Virus record (IMG/VR): IMGVR_UViG_3300033072_000728
Span: 1-64,000 of that record
Source: a virus
Lineage: Duplodnaviria > Caudoviricetes
DNA length: 64,000 nt
Reading direction: 5' to 3' (one strand)
Positions 1 through 9,486 of this stretch are shown here, one piece after another (position 1 is the stretch's first letter; each line of letters opens with the position of its first letter). Both the position numbers and the translations under genes were made by a program. Below the pieces are notes generated by a model. The model saw nothing but the letters and a program-made list of their open reading frames with translations. It was not told the origin of the DNA and did not search any database.

Positions 1-749
1 TGTTTTTCACGGCCAGCCGCTAATTCTTCTTCAGATGGTGCCATGTCAATTTCAGTAGATTCTTCTTCAGTTTCTTGCTCGGGTGATTCTACATTTGATG
101 CAGTGTCCAGTTCTTCGGGTGCATCTTCAGGGACATCATCGGATTCTTCTTGTTCGGCTTCGGCTGGTTCTTCGGCTGGAGGTTCTTCAGTAAATGCATC
201 AGGTACTTCTTCACCTGACAGTTTATCATTAGCAGCTTGCATTTTTGATTTTGCATCCATCAGTGAGTCAACTAAGCCGCGTAAAATTTCAGTGGCTTCG
301 TCGTTAAATTCCCTACCTTCATTAGCACCAATTTGTGATCGAATCGCATCAGTAACCACAGGCAACGATTTGACAAGTAAATCACTTGATGCTTGAATCA
401 TTTTTTGCAATGAGTCAACCAAATCTTTAGCTGCAAGCATCGTCTGAGCTTGTGCCACATTTTCTGCTTCGGTCACAATCACCTGAGTTTTACGACGCCC
501 ACCAAGTTGCGCATAGCGATCCCACAATGCTTGTTCCATTACAACCAGCTTCAGAAATGATGGATCATTGTGGCTTAGGTGATATGATGGTTTTGACTTT
601 GCTTCTTTGATTAGTCCAGATACCTTGCCCAACATTTTCTGGCAAGTATTCAAACTTAGTTTAGAAGTATTAAATGATGCTCCAAAGTTTTCTTTTAGAG
701 TTTTAACAGCTTGACGTTTAGGTGATAGGTCAAGATCAGATAGTTTCAT
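1..749 (-). CDS. Conserved hypothetical virion/prohead protein with acidic C-terminal tail (runs off window start)
   Basis: Hand-translated from ATG at 749 (MKLSDLDLSPKRQAVKTLKENFG...EELAAGREK), open to position 1; AAGGAA RBS and TAAATA motif upstream; missing from ORF track because it has no stop in the window. Confidence 0.75.
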   Translation of the reverse strand, partial: MKLSDLDLSPKRQAVKTLKENFGASFNTSKLSLNTCQKMLGKVSGLIKEAKSKPSYHLSHNDPSFLKLVVMEQALWDRYAQLGGRRKTQVIVTEAENVAQAQTMLAAKDLVDSLQKMIQASSDLLVKSLPVVTDAIRSQIGANEGREFNDEATEILRGLVDSLMDAKSKMQAANDKLSGEEVPDAFTEEPPAEEPAEAEQEESDDVPEDAPEELDTASNVESPEQETEEESTEIDMAPSEEELAAGREK

Positions 750-780
750 GGTATTCCTTTTAATTAAACAATTGTTGTGA

Positions 781-786
781 TATTTA
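781..786 (-). promoter_or_regulatory. Late promoter-like TAAATA motif
   Basis: CTAAATA ~30 nt upstream of ATG 749; matches core of the T4 late promoter TATAAATA. Confidence 0.55.
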
Positions 787-1122
787 GCAAATAGTGACCC
801 AAAGATTGGTGTCTGGTTCAACCTGAACAAATTGATCATTATCTAGTATGACACAGTTTTTCAAATCCATTACAATATATTCAAGATCAGATTTTGTAAT
901 TTCTCTGTCAAATTCAACACTTAAATTATGGTTTGAACAAACTACATTAACGGGCAAATACCGAAGTGAAAGAGTTTGAATTAGACAGTTTACATTATAT
1001 TGCCCAATGTGTTCAGGGGTACATGGTTTTGACTTCATTCTGTTCAAGTTTATTTTTGGATCATGGTGCAATAAGAATTTTGTTTTAATATCGATTTTCA
1101 TAATACCGATATTTACAAACAA
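784..1122 (-). CDS. Hypothetical protein
   Basis: ORF track 112 aa, same strand as neighbours; true start may be 1101 (MKIDIK). Confidence 0.55.
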   Translation of the reverse strand: MFVNIGIMKIDIKTKFLLHHDPKINLNRMKSKPCTPEHIGQYNVNCLIQTLSLRYLPVNVVCSNHNLSVEFDREITKSDLEYIVMDLKNCVILDNDQFVQVEPDTNLWVTIC

Positions 1123-1123
1123 G

Positions 1124-1159
1124 AAAAGGGTGAACCCATATTTCAGAGTTCACCCTTTT
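1124..1159 (-). terminator. Rho-independent terminator
   Basis: 12-bp inverted repeat AAAAGGGTGAAC/GTTCACCCTTTT followed by T-rich tail, just after ORF 1182..1445. Confidence 0.8.
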
Positions 1160-1181
1160 ATTATGACATTTTAGTTGTCAA

Positions 1182-1445
1182 TTACCAACCACTTACACCA
1201 GTCACGGTGTAATCAGTAACAGCAGTAACATCACCACCATCAATAATCATATTCACTGAAGTTGAAGTGCCAGCAGTGAAAGCACCAATAACGCACACTG
1301 AAACAGTTTGTGAAACAGTTTGCACAAGTGCATCTAGATCAGCTTGTGACATTGCAGAACCTTTGGAAAAGTTCTTGAAATACAGGTTACGCCCAAAGTT
1401 TTCAAATGGTAGGGCATTGCCGTGAACGCGAGTAAAACCAGCCAT
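1182..1445 (-). CDS. Small putative virion structural protein
   Basis: 87 aa, strong RBS (TAAAGGAA), own TATAAATA promoter and terminator, i.e. a monocistronic late gene. Confidence 0.7.
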   Translation of the reverse strand: MAGFTRVHGNALPFENFGRNLYFKNFSKGSAMSQADLDALVQTVSQTVSVCVIGAFTAGTSTSVNMIIDGGDVTAVTDYTVTGVSGW

Positions 1446-1496
1446 GATTAAATTCCTTTATTAAAATATGTGTGAGCAAACTTTCTGCTCTGTGGT

Positions 1497-1504
1497 TATT
1501 TATA
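1497..1504 (-). promoter_or_regulatory. T4-type late promoter TATAAATA
   Basis: Exact TATAAATA on minus strand ~50 nt upstream of ATG 1445. Confidence 0.7.
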
Positions 1505-1513
1505 CTTTGTGAT

Positions 1514-2323
1514 TTATTTTTGGTTATTAGCAGATTGCAAATCTTGTAATAACTTAGATTTGTCTCCACCAAGTTTTGCGTATTGTTGAATGGCGTTTTT
1601 AATAACTTGTGCCAATTCTGGTGCATCATCTGCCGATTTATATCGATCAGTAATCATTTCAGATGGCGAAGATTTTGGTGGAGTCGATTTAACGGGTTTG
1701 TCGTCATCATCAATTTCATCTTTGTCACTGTCAACTGCGCTTGCTGCGGCCCATGCCAAGTTTGCAAGTTGAGTTAATAATGGATGTACTTTGCTCAAAT
1801 TGATTTTGGGGGTTGCATTAGGATTGGCTTGAATCTGTTTCATTGCAGCATCAAACACTTGATCCTCTAACTTCTGAGCAATGACTTTAATTGGCTGAAC
1901 ATAACTTTTTGTGTTTACACCTTTTAGGACATTATTAACCATTAGTTTTGTCAAGTATGTTGCAAGTGGGCCAATATCTACACCTGACTGTGCCTCATAA
2001 ACTACCTTGTTTGATCGTTTGATTTCATTCTCTAGTAATGATTCAAATTGTTCAAAGCTCATTTCTGCAATCAATTTGCGCTGTTTAAGAAGTGCTTTAA
2101 TTCCACCAACTGCTTTGATATAGCTGGTTAACGCTGAATCGATGTTGCTTAAAAATCGATCAACATACTTCCCTTTTGCTGCAATTTCTACCGCAGTTTG
2201 GTTTGAGAATGCTGCTTTTGATTTCGCAACAACTTCACTTGAACCAATTTTTCTGCCTAGTTTTCGTAATCCAGTTCCAAGTGCGTCACTGATGCCTTCT
2301 GATATTTTTGATTGTTGTGTCAT
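1514..2323 (-). CDS. Hypothetical protein, possibly capsid-internal
   Basis: 269 aa ORF coupled to upstream gene; [LIV]-x-E motifs (KISEG, LLENE). Confidence 0.75.
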   Translation of the reverse strand: MTQQSKISEGISDALGTGLRKLGRKIGSSEVVAKSKAAFSNQTAVEIAAKGKYVDRFLSNIDSALTSYIKAVGGIKALLKQRKLIAEMSFEQFESLLENEIKRSNKVVYEAQSGVDIGPLATYLTKLMVNNVLKGVNTKSYVQPIKVIAQKLEDQVFDAAMKQIQANPNATPKINLSKVHPLLTQLANLAWAAASAVDSDKDEIDDDDKPVKSTPPKSSPSEMITDRYKSADDAPELAQVIKNAIQQYAKLGGDKSKLLQDLQSANNQK

Positions 2324-2580
2324 GATTTCTTTATTGTTTTGAACGTCTTTGTAAACTTTGAAGCATTACGATGTTTAATGGCTAAGAAAAACTTTTTCTC
2401 TAGTGCAATATATTCATCTTCGGACACCATTGTTTTGACCAAATCTAATACATGACCCGACATAGTAATGGCTTTAACCACACGGGACTCTGTTTCAGTG
2501 TGAGAATCCTTACGTGTGGTTTTTGAAATTTGTTCAAGCTCTGCAAGTATTGAACGCATTTGATCTGGTGAATTTGTCAT
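2320..2580 (-). CDS. Hypothetical protein
   Basis: 86 aa ORF, stop overlaps next start. Confidence 0.75.
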   Translation of the reverse strand: MTNSPDQMRSILAELEQISKTTRKDSHTETESRVVKAITMSGHVLDLVKTMVSEDEYIALEKKFFLAIKHRNASKFTKTFKTIKKS

Positions 2581-2604
2581 CTTGTGAAAAAGTTAGTAAA
2601 CAAA

Positions 2605-2646
2605 AATGCCTATACCGCACTTCAAAGTTTAGTGAGATATAGGCAT
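2605..2646 (-). terminator. Putative terminator after helicase; adjacent TAAATA at 2646-2651
   Basis: Inverted repeat ATGCCTATA/TATAGGCAT with T tail on minus strand. Confidence 0.6.
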
Positions 2647-2655
2647 ATTTAGGTT

Positions 2656-4434
2656 TTAACCTTGGGATTTAAGTTGTTTTAGTAGGTTTCTGACTTTTGT
2701 ACCTTGCGAAACATTGGCATTTACTTTTGGGGTTGAATCGGTATTAACTGTGGGAGCGTTAGAGAATCCATCATCTTCGTCTTCTAGATTCAGGTCATAC
2801 ACTTTTAATGTGTCAACATTAAACCCAAGTTCAACATAATGCCCAACACCAGCACTTGATCGTGTTTTAAGTAATTGCAAACGATAACGGCCTTTTTCTT
2901 TCATGGCAAGTGAAGTATGAATACCAAACACGTTATCGGCAGTATTGATTTTAGAAATACCCCCTGCAATATGTGAATGATCAAATTCTTCTTCACCCAC
3001 GGCATCACGGTTTAATTGTGAACAAGTAAATCCAATGATGTTTAATTCTTTTGCAAAGTTACGAATTTCCTCAGAGACATATTTGTCTTTCACGAATGCG
3101 TCACTTGGGTTTACTTTAACACTTGCTGGCATCATGAGATCAAGATAATCAATACAGATAAAATCTAGTTTGATTCCAGTTTGAATCTGAAGTTCTTTGC
3201 AATAACTTTTGATGTGGTTAATGGTAGATTGTGCTGGGAAATACTTGATTAACAGTTGTCCAGCTTTCTTACCAAGTGATTTAACTTTCAATTCCACATC
3301 ATCAAGTTGTTGGAAAACTTGAGTTGTTTTGGTGTCAGTCATCATGGAATCAATACGCATGGCGCATAATTCCTCTGACAACTCTAGCGTGATATAAACA
3401 CCACTATACCCAGCAAGTGAATAATTGACAGCAAGATTCTGTAAAAAAATTGATTTACCAGTATTATGACTGCAAATTCCATTGGTGTAATAGCGATGGT
3501 TATCATGGTCAACTGATAAATCGTAGACTTTTGTTGGAGTATTTGATTTCTCAATTTTTACGATTTTATCTGAACCATTATCCGCAAGTAGAGTATCACC
3601 TACTTTCAAGTCTTTGGAGAAATACCATGATAAATCTGGTTTCTGGAATAGGTGATCGAAACTTGAATCGATGATTCTGCCTGACTCAAAAGCCAGTCGG
3701 TACATTTCTGCTTTGATTTTTTCAACACAGTCTAATACTTTGACATAGCCATCGGGACTAGCAACATAGATATTTTGTGAGTGAAAATTGACACCTAGTA
3801 ATGAATCGATTCTCACATATTCAATGTATCCGATACTGTCATCAACAATTTCAACAACGGTGTCACCAGTCACGCAACCAGATGCGCCGCAAAAGATTTC
3901 TAATTCGCCACGATTGAACCCGCCATATAATTTCTTATCAAGTGCTTTCCATCCTGACGAAACCTGACCATTGCCGTTTTTAAGAGACATTAGACGCCCC
4001 CTAGGATCAGCAAAGTAATCAAGACCTAGATCACGTTGCAATGAAACTTGAACAGCGTCTTTGATCAGTTTTTCTACTGGATCAAACTCACCATTCTCTA
4101 GCATATCGAATGATTTCACAATAGCCCGTTCAAGTTCTTTGCGCCGTGTAAAATTCTCAAATTCATCTAAGAACCATAGTGTATCACCTTCATTCAAGTC
4201 TGGGATTAAATCAATCTCAAAATTCACACAAGTTTTGATCTTTAATGGTGTTGGCATCGACTTGTATTTTTCTGCATGATCTTGAATAAACTCCATAACA
4301 TTAGACAATGGTACTGCAAAATTTTTCGGATTTAATATACTCGATACTCGGGTATATAATTCTGGGTTTGACAGCATCATGCTCAAAAATAACTTTTGAA
4401 CTTCTGGGGTATATTCTGTGTGTGGTTTTGTCAT
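2656..4434 (-). CDS. dnaB: Replicative DnaB/gp41-like helicase, intein-containing
   Basis: Walker A G-A-S-G-[intein]-T-G-K-S, Walker B ICIDYLDL, SQLNR and LLKTRS motifs of SF4 helicases. Confidence 0.95.
   Translation of the reverse strand: MTKPHTEYTPEVQKLFLSMMLSNPELYTRVSSILNPKNFAVPLSNVMEFIQDHAEKYKSMPTPLKIKTCVNFEIDLIPDLNEGDTLWFLDEFENFTRRKELERAIVKSFDMLENGEFDPVEKLIKDAVQVSLQRDLGLDYFADPRGRLMSLKNGNGQVSSGWKALDKKLYGGFNRGELEIFCGASGCVTGDTVVEIVDDSIGYIEYVRIDSLLGVNFHSQNIYVASPDGYVKVLDCVEKIKAEMYRLAFESGRIIDSSFDHLFQKPDLSWYFSKDLKVGDTLLADNGSDKIVKIEKSNTPTKVYDLSVDHDNHRYYTNGICSHNTGKSIFLQNLAVNYSLAGYSGVYITLELSEELCAMRIDSMMTDTKTTQVFQQLDDVELKVKSLGKKAGQLLIKYFPAQSTINHIKSYCKELQIQTGIKLDFICIDYLDLMMPASVKVNPSDAFVKDKYVSEEIRNFAKELNIIGFTCSQLNRDAVGEEEFDHSHIAGGISKINTADNVFGIHTSLAMKEKGRYRLQLLKTRSSAGVGHYVELGFNVDTLKVYDLNLEDEDDGFSNAPTVNTDSTPKVNANVSQGTKVRNLLKQLKSQG
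3463..3876 (-). mobile_element. Mini-intein (138 aa, no homing endonuclease) in helicase Walker A
   Basis: Begins Cys (CVTGDT), block B SFDHLF, block F VYDLSV, ends SHN followed by Thr; excision restores GASGTGKS. Confidence 0.93.
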
Positions 4435-4450
4435 TCTCTCACTTTATCTG

Positions 4451-5461
4451 TTAGGGTTTTTGAAGTTTTGAAATCAGTTTCTTTCGAGTGATTTCAACCT
4501 TTGCATAGTTAGTGGTAGCATTTTCTACAAGTGCAACCACGGTTTGAAATTTACCAAGTGCTTTAACAGCATCATTGGCGTCTTTAATTTTAACATGAGT
4601 ATATCCTGACCAATCAGGTAAACTCACTTTGAATCCAGCATCCAAAACACGTTGAATGGTTTGTGCTTTTAGTCCAGTAAAATCTTGGTCAGGCACAAAT
4701 ATGATTGATTTATTCAGTTGTTTTAGAATCTTTATTTGAGTTTCAGAAATAGTGTCGTGTAGGGTTGCAACACCATCGATTGATATGGCATCAAATACCC
4801 CTTCAACGACAAAGACTTGATCCCAAGATTTATGTTGGAGATCAAGTCCGAATAGATAGTTGGTTGGATGATGGTGAATATATTTTGGATTCTTTGTGTC
4901 AAGAAACCTATAACAATACCCAACAATCATATTCTCATGAGTGAATGGAATAATGCATTTTTGACGGGTATCTGACTCATAATTTTCAGAATACAAAAAT
5001 GGATATGACTCTAATGAAATCCCACGATCAATAATATAAGACGTAATATGATTTGGGGATGAATGTGTTAATGAAACAAAATCATCAGGTAAAACAATTT
5101 GGGGCCAATCTACTTTGATCTTTTCGGTATGTTGATGAGTTAGTAAGTATTGCAAACTAGATGTTGCACGTAACGATTCAATGGAATACCTTGAAATTTC
5201 ATCCTCAGAAACATTGCCAGTCCATAACAGAAGTTGTTTAACGTGTGAACTAAGTGGCTTACCAATTTCAAATTTTGCACTGAATCCACAGTTAAAACAA
5301 TGATAAAGCCATTGTTCTTGATTTTCCATCATAACTCCACCACGGGATTTCGTATCATGCCTATGACCCCTGTGATGGCAACACACTGCATTGAATGAAT
5401 GCCATCCAGATGTGGTAAGTCTTTTTCTCCCAGGAAGTAACGATAAAATATCAAGAATCAT
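4451..5461 (-). CDS. dnaG: DNA primase
   Basis: N-terminal Zn-binding CCHH...CFNC; TOPRIM motifs VEGVFDA and PDQD; KDAND; adjacent to helicase. Confidence 0.92.
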   Translation of the reverse strand: MILDILSLLPGRKRLTTSGWHSFNAVCCHHRGHRHDTKSRGGVMMENQEQWLYHCFNCGFSAKFEIGKPLSSHVKQLLLWTGNVSEDEISRYSIESLRATSSLQYLLTHQHTEKIKVDWPQIVLPDDFVSLTHSSPNHITSYIIDRGISLESYPFLYSENYESDTRQKCIIPFTHENMIVGYCYRFLDTKNPKYIHHHPTNYLFGLDLQHKSWDQVFVVEGVFDAISIDGVATLHDTISETQIKILKQLNKSIIFVPDQDFTGLKAQTIQRVLDAGFKVSLPDWSGYTHVKIKDANDAVKALGKFQTVVALVENATTNYAKVEITRKKLISKLQKP

Positions 5462-5463
5462 AA

Positions 5464-6240
5464 TTATTCTGTGTAAGAAACTGTTAAGATGTGTCCAGAT
5501 TGTTTAATAAACTTAACTCGCAAGTATGGATGAACTTGTTCAAGAACGTCAAAATTGATAGAGATAGAATTAGGCTCGGTATACTGCCATGTTTCAATGC
5601 CATACCATTCTAGCTCTGTCGTGGAACCTTGGAGTATAACATCGCCAACAAATGAATCAAAGTCCATTCTCACTGATACCATGTTTGAAAGAGTTTGGTA
5701 ACTTGAGCCAATGATGGTGTCAGGTGTTATTTCAGTTAATGTAGAATTTACAGGTGTTTGGTCGATTGGATAATATGAATCCACAATCTCAGCATCAAGT
5801 TTGCCTTGTTGAGAACTTGCACCGATATAAATTGGAATTCTAGCACCTGAATCAAGAATGGCGTGTAATGTGATTAAACATTTTTGTGGCATTAAATCTT
5901 CAAGTTCAGAAGGTGGAATACTTACTGAAACAATACCAGTACGTGCTAAATCAATGGTTGCGTCAGTTTCGAGAAGCAACCTGTACTGAGTCATATCAAT
6001 GACATGAAACTTAATTGAATCAATGTTTTGTTCAAGTAAATTTACAGGTTTTTGATCGGCAGTTAGGCACCTGAATCTAAAGGTGTTAGTGACATTCCTG
6101 TGAAGAATAAGGGGATGAGAATACACAATATCAAACTTTCGTAAATTGTTTGTTGAAATACCAGAATACAATGACGGAAATATAACTTTGTATTCTGGAA
6201 CATACCAAAATAAATTGGTATCAATGGTAGTGGTTGGCAT
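5464..6240 (-). CDS. Conserved hypothetical protein (beta-rich, possibly virion)
   Basis: ORF track 5464..6336; start at 6240 (MPTTTIDTN) preferred because a TAAATA motif lies at 6270-6275. Confidence 0.7.
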   Translation of the reverse strand: MPTTTIDTNLFWYVPEYKVIFPSLYSGISTNNLRKFDIVYSHPLILHRNVTNTFRFRCLTADQKPVNLLEQNIDSIKFHVIDMTQYRLLLETDATIDLARTGIVSVSIPPSELEDLMPQKCLITLHAILDSGARIPIYIGASSQQGKLDAEIVDSYYPIDQTPVNSTLTEITPDTIIGSSYQTLSNMVSVRMDFDSFVGDVILQGSTTELEWYGIETWQYTEPNSISINFDVLEQVHPYLRVKFIKQSGHILTVSYTE

Positions 6241-6243
6241 ATC

Positions 6244-6275
6244 TAAATAAAACCAAAAATAGGTGTGGATATTTA
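6244..6275. promoter_or_regulatory. Pair of opposite-facing TAAATA late-promoter motifs serving divergent genes
   Basis: TAAATA on + at 6244-6249 and on - at 6270-6275 in the gap between two divergent ORFs. Confidence 0.5.
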
Positions 6276-6314
6276 AGCCATAACCTTTTGAAATTTCAAA
6301 TAATAATAACAAAC

Positions 6315-6716
6315 GTGAACTTAGAATTATTTTCAACCCTTAACCGAGCATACCCATTTTTAAGTGTATGTGTTTATGCTGAACAAGAATACATCGGCAT
6401 TGTTCAAAATCGTGACTCGCAAATTACGTCATTTTATGATTATGGCTCATTGGAAACTCAAGAATTAAAACGATTGTTTCTTGATCTAGGAGAACAATGG
6501 TGGTGGGAATCAAACAGAATCATTCCCATTAATTTGTTCTTAAAAGCTGAATGGTTGCCATTCAAACCATATATGAAGACATTTATTTCTAAAAACTTGA
6601 ATGTCATTCATGGGCCGTGTTGCTCTATTTTGAACATGAGTCCAAAGAAGTCAAAACGAAAGACCATTATTCAATTAAAGAAAAATCATCCACCTGTGGT
6701 AAAAGTAAAAAGCTGA
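6315..6716 (+). CDS. Conserved hypothetical protein (WWWESNRIIPIN motif); only clear plus-strand gene
   Basis: ORF track 6234..6716; GTG at 6315 preferred as start; protein-like composition, convergent with DnaE-like gene. Confidence 0.75.
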   Translation: MNLELFSTLNRAYPFLSVCVYAEQEYIGIVQNRDSQITSFYDYGSLETQELKRLFLDLGEQWWWESNRIIPINLFLKAEWLPFKPYMKTFISKNLNVIHGPCCSILNMSPKKSKRKTIIQLKKNHPPVVKVKS

Positions 6717-7297
6717 TTTGGTTTATTAAGTAAATTGGCGTGAACTACGACCAAATGTGCATAACTGATTGAATGGGATTTTTTGAAGTAATATGCATCA
6801 TTTTGATCATCTTTAATCCAAACTGTTTTAGAAACTTCTTTCCAAGGTTTTCCCAGAAGGTGTTTTTTTGATGGTCGGATGATTGCCAAAAACATTGCCA
6901 ATCTTGGAATAGAATCAACGGGTTCTGGGAGAGATTGAATTGCATTCCATGAATTATGAAGGTGAACAAGTTGTTCGACAAATTCTTGATCGTGGTTTAT
7001 TCTGTCCCAAGGTGGTTCAGTATTCATTAACTCTAGTAATTCTTGTTCTGACGCTATTTGTGAATATACTCCCATATTAAGCAAGTCTATTTTGAAATAT
7101 CCTCGCTTTTCTGCTTCCCTATAATCTAATACTGCTAAATCAGTTTTTGGGTTATAGGGAATTTTTGTTGGGTAAATTCCACTAGGGTGTCGTTTAGTTT
7201 CAGAGGTTTCTGGGTTAATGATTGCAGCTTGGGTGTATGCTTGTAATTTGTGTAGTAATAGTGATCGGTCTGCAATGTCTATATCAATATCTGCCAT
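6686..7297 (-). CDS. Miniature family C (DnaE/Pol III alpha-like) polymerase core
   Basis: Motifs DIDID, HPSGIY, GYFKIDLLN and FKKSHSISYA correspond to DnaE PDFDVD, HAGGV, KFDFLG and FNKSH..AY; only 203 aa. Confidence 0.85.
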   Translation of the reverse strand: MADIDIDIADRSLLLHKLQAYTQAAIINPETSETKRHPSGIYPTKIPYNPKTDLAVLDYREAEKRGYFKIDLLNMGVYSQIASEQELLELMNTEPPWDRINHDQEFVEQLVHLHNSWNAIQSLPEPVDSIPRLAMFLAIIRPSKKHLLGKPWKEVSKTVWIKDDQNDAYYFKKSHSISYAHLVVVHANLLNKPNQLFTFTTGG

Positions 7298-7683
7298 TTT
7301 TAATTTCTTTTAATGATTCTGGATGAAAATCGGGATACTTACATTGAAGTAGAAATTTCAGCGAATCACCGTTAATCCCGTGAACAAAATATCGTGTTAA
7401 TTTGTGCCCGTAAACGATGGGCAAACAGGTTGGCAATACCTCTTTCAGATTTTGGTGTTTATTTGAAAGTACAAACATGCAACCAGATGGGAATTCATAT
7501 TCAGTGATATTGTTGGATTGCAGGAATTCGATAAGTTTCTCAGGGTGATTAGCAAATACGAAAAAAATACCCATCACAGATATATGTCATATCAAACATC
7601 GATGTATATTTCATGAACTTCATCTTAACTGAATCAGATGATGGTTGTTTGATTATGCCTAGATAATGATATGTATTTGTCAT
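7284..7683 (-). pseudogene. CKYP-family gene with frameshift at a T7 run
   Basis: ATG 7683 (MTNTYHY...DGYFF) joins ORF 7284..7577 (VFANHPEK...FLLQCKYPD) if one T is removed at 7561-7567. Confidence 0.6.
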
Positions 7684-7692
7684 GGAATAAGT

Positions 7693-8163
7693 TTAATCAT
7701 AATGGTGGAATTCAACAATTTCTGCATCGGTTCTACCCATTCGATACTCTGCGAAATCTTTAAATTTGTGATGAGTACCACGTTCCTCGATAATACAGTT
7801 TGGGAATTTGCATTTAATGAAGAACAGTTCTTCATTGGTGCCATAAACATGCGCTATAAACCGTGCCCGAAATGAACGGGCACCTGAACGATGAACCATT
7901 AGTTTAAATTTTACTCCCGTTTCTTTCAGTTCATGATATTGCTGATCGGTTTCAAATTTAAACACAAGTGATGGTAATAATTCCATTTTAACACTATAAA
8001 ACTCTGAAATATCCCAATCCCACAGTCCATCAAATCCAACACTTTCATCAAAACGGTTGAACATCAAACATTCAGTTTCCGACAATCTGTGGTATCGTTG
8101 ATCTACAGTTGAGAAGTTCATAATGTCTTTAATTGCGTCTGGGTGTGCAGTGCATTTAATCAT
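7693..8163 (-). CDS. CKYP-motif family protein
   Basis: LFFIKCKFPN motif; ends IVEFHHYD. Confidence 0.8.
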   Translation of the reverse strand: MIKCTAHPDAIKDIMNFSTVDQRYHRLSETECLMFNRFDESVGFDGLWDWDISEFYSVKMELLPSLVFKFETDQQYHELKETGVKFKLMVHRSGARSFRARFIAHVYGTNEELFFIKCKFPNCIIEERGTHHKFKDFAEYRMGRTDAEIVEFHHYD

Positions 8164-8175
8164 AGTTTATTCAGT

Positions 8176-8574
8176 TTAGTAAGGGGTTGTTGGATAAAAA
8201 TCGTATTCATCCACCAAAATTTTAACATTAAAGTGGCTATAAATTTCTTTCTTTAACCATTCCCGTTGAGATTTATCGGGTATATTGGTTATCTGAATTT
8301 GCGGATGAATGCGGTAAAAAGTTATGTTGCATTTAATCAAAAATGTAATTATATCTCCGATATTCGGAGTTTGAAATGTCGGAATCCACATAACTGGGAT
8401 ATGGGTGACATTAGCTTTGTCAGTGTGTTTGAATCTAGATGCTTTTCCGAATTCAACACACTGAGTCCGTTCAGTGATATAAACTAAATCATTTTCGTGT
8501 TTGACAATAATAGTATCATCGTCACGATATTTTAAAAGGTATGCGTCTAATTGGGTTATTGGGATTGTAAACAT
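8176..8574 (-). CDS. Hypothetical protein, CKYP-family-like
   Basis: 132 aa; FLIKC motif. Confidence 0.7.
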   Translation of the reverse strand: MFTIPITQLDAYLLKYRDDDTIIVKHENDLVYITERTQCVEFGKASRFKHTDKANVTHIPVMWIPTFQTPNIGDIITFLIKCNITFYRIHPQIQITNIPDKSQREWLKKEIYSHFNVKILVDEYDFYPTTPY

Positions 8575-9053
8575 GGCGTTAGGTATAAAATTTGGTATGA
8601 AGTTTCCAATGTCGGTGTATATGGTTCTATTTTGACTGACGGCAATAATGTTTTAGTGTTTGTATCAAACTCAGTTTGCATTTTGTGTGAGGAATAAACT
8701 CTGATCCATCGATTTGAAAACTGAGTTTTGAACGTAACTTCTGGAACGAGTGAGTTCATGACATTTCTGGTATGAACATTATCGTTTGGCCAACAATTAA
8801 CAAAGATAGTGGAAACAAACTCGTCTGTTTCTGGATCAATAACCAACATGGGATGTTTGAGTGATTGGCTGGGCAATGGAAAGGTATCTTTGATATATTG
8901 TATTGTTTCTTGGGTTAAATGTGATGACAATAAACCAATGGGGCATGCCCCACGTTTATACGGGATTTGTTTTTGTTTTAAGAAATCTTCAAAATCAATA
9001 ATTGTTTGCGGGTTATTTGAACCGCCGTGAAAAATAGTATCAATAGTATTCAT
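8556..9053 (-). CDS. Hypothetical protein
   Basis: ORF track 8556..9128; start 9053 (MNTIDT) avoids overlap with upstream gene. Confidence 0.7.
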   Translation of the reverse strand: MNTIDTIFHGGSNNPQTIIDFEDFLKQKQIPYKRGACPIGLLSSHLTQETIQYIKDTFPLPSQSLKHPMLVIDPETDEFVSTIFVNCWPNDNVHTRNVMNSLVPEVTFKTQFSNRWIRVYSSHKMQTEFDTNTKTLLPSVKIEPYTPTLETSYQILYLTPCLQSQ

Positions 9054-9060
9054 AATAAAA

Positions 9061-9486
9061 TTAGGGTTGGTGAATCCATGAAACTGATAGGTCTGGGAAT
9101 TTGCATTTTGCGACAAACAATAATGCATCTAAATCAGGAGTTGCAACACAGTGTGTGTTATTTGCCATATTATAATGATATTCAAACCCTTGGACAAACT
9201 GCTGTAATTCATCTGATTTTTTGTAGGTGATGCCCCACCCGTTGTTAGTTTCAATAATGCCAACCCGACATGACGGCATTATTTGAACCTCACTATTATC
9301 AAGATAGGCATTCATGGTTGATATTAACAACGGCAACAATTCCGATTTTGGTGTCCAATATATCACATTTGATTCTGATAGTTGTTGTAATGGTGAAAAT
9401 GCACAAGCAATATCGTTGCTGAAATATAACAACAGCTCTCGTAATTGTTCGTATTGATCTAGTGAGTTAAATGTAAGTTTAATCAT
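9061..9486 (-). CDS. CKYP-motif family protein
   Basis: Starts MIKLTF at 9486; LLFVAKCKFPD. Confidence 0.8.
   Translation of the reverse strand: MIKLTFNSLDQYEQLRELLLYFSNDIACAFSPLQQLSESNVIYWTPKSELLPLLISTMNAYLDNSEVQIMPSCRVGIIETNNGWGITYKKSDELQQFVQGFEYHYNMANNTHCVATPDLDALLFVAKCKFPDLSVSWIHQP

Noticed and set aside
43-396. Ser-rich plus-strand ORF of 117 aa
   Set aside because: Antisense shadow of the acidic tail of the minus-strand gene 1..749
3463-3876. Homing endonuclease within the intein
   Set aside because: 138 aa leaves no room, and there are no LAGLIDADG or HNH motifs
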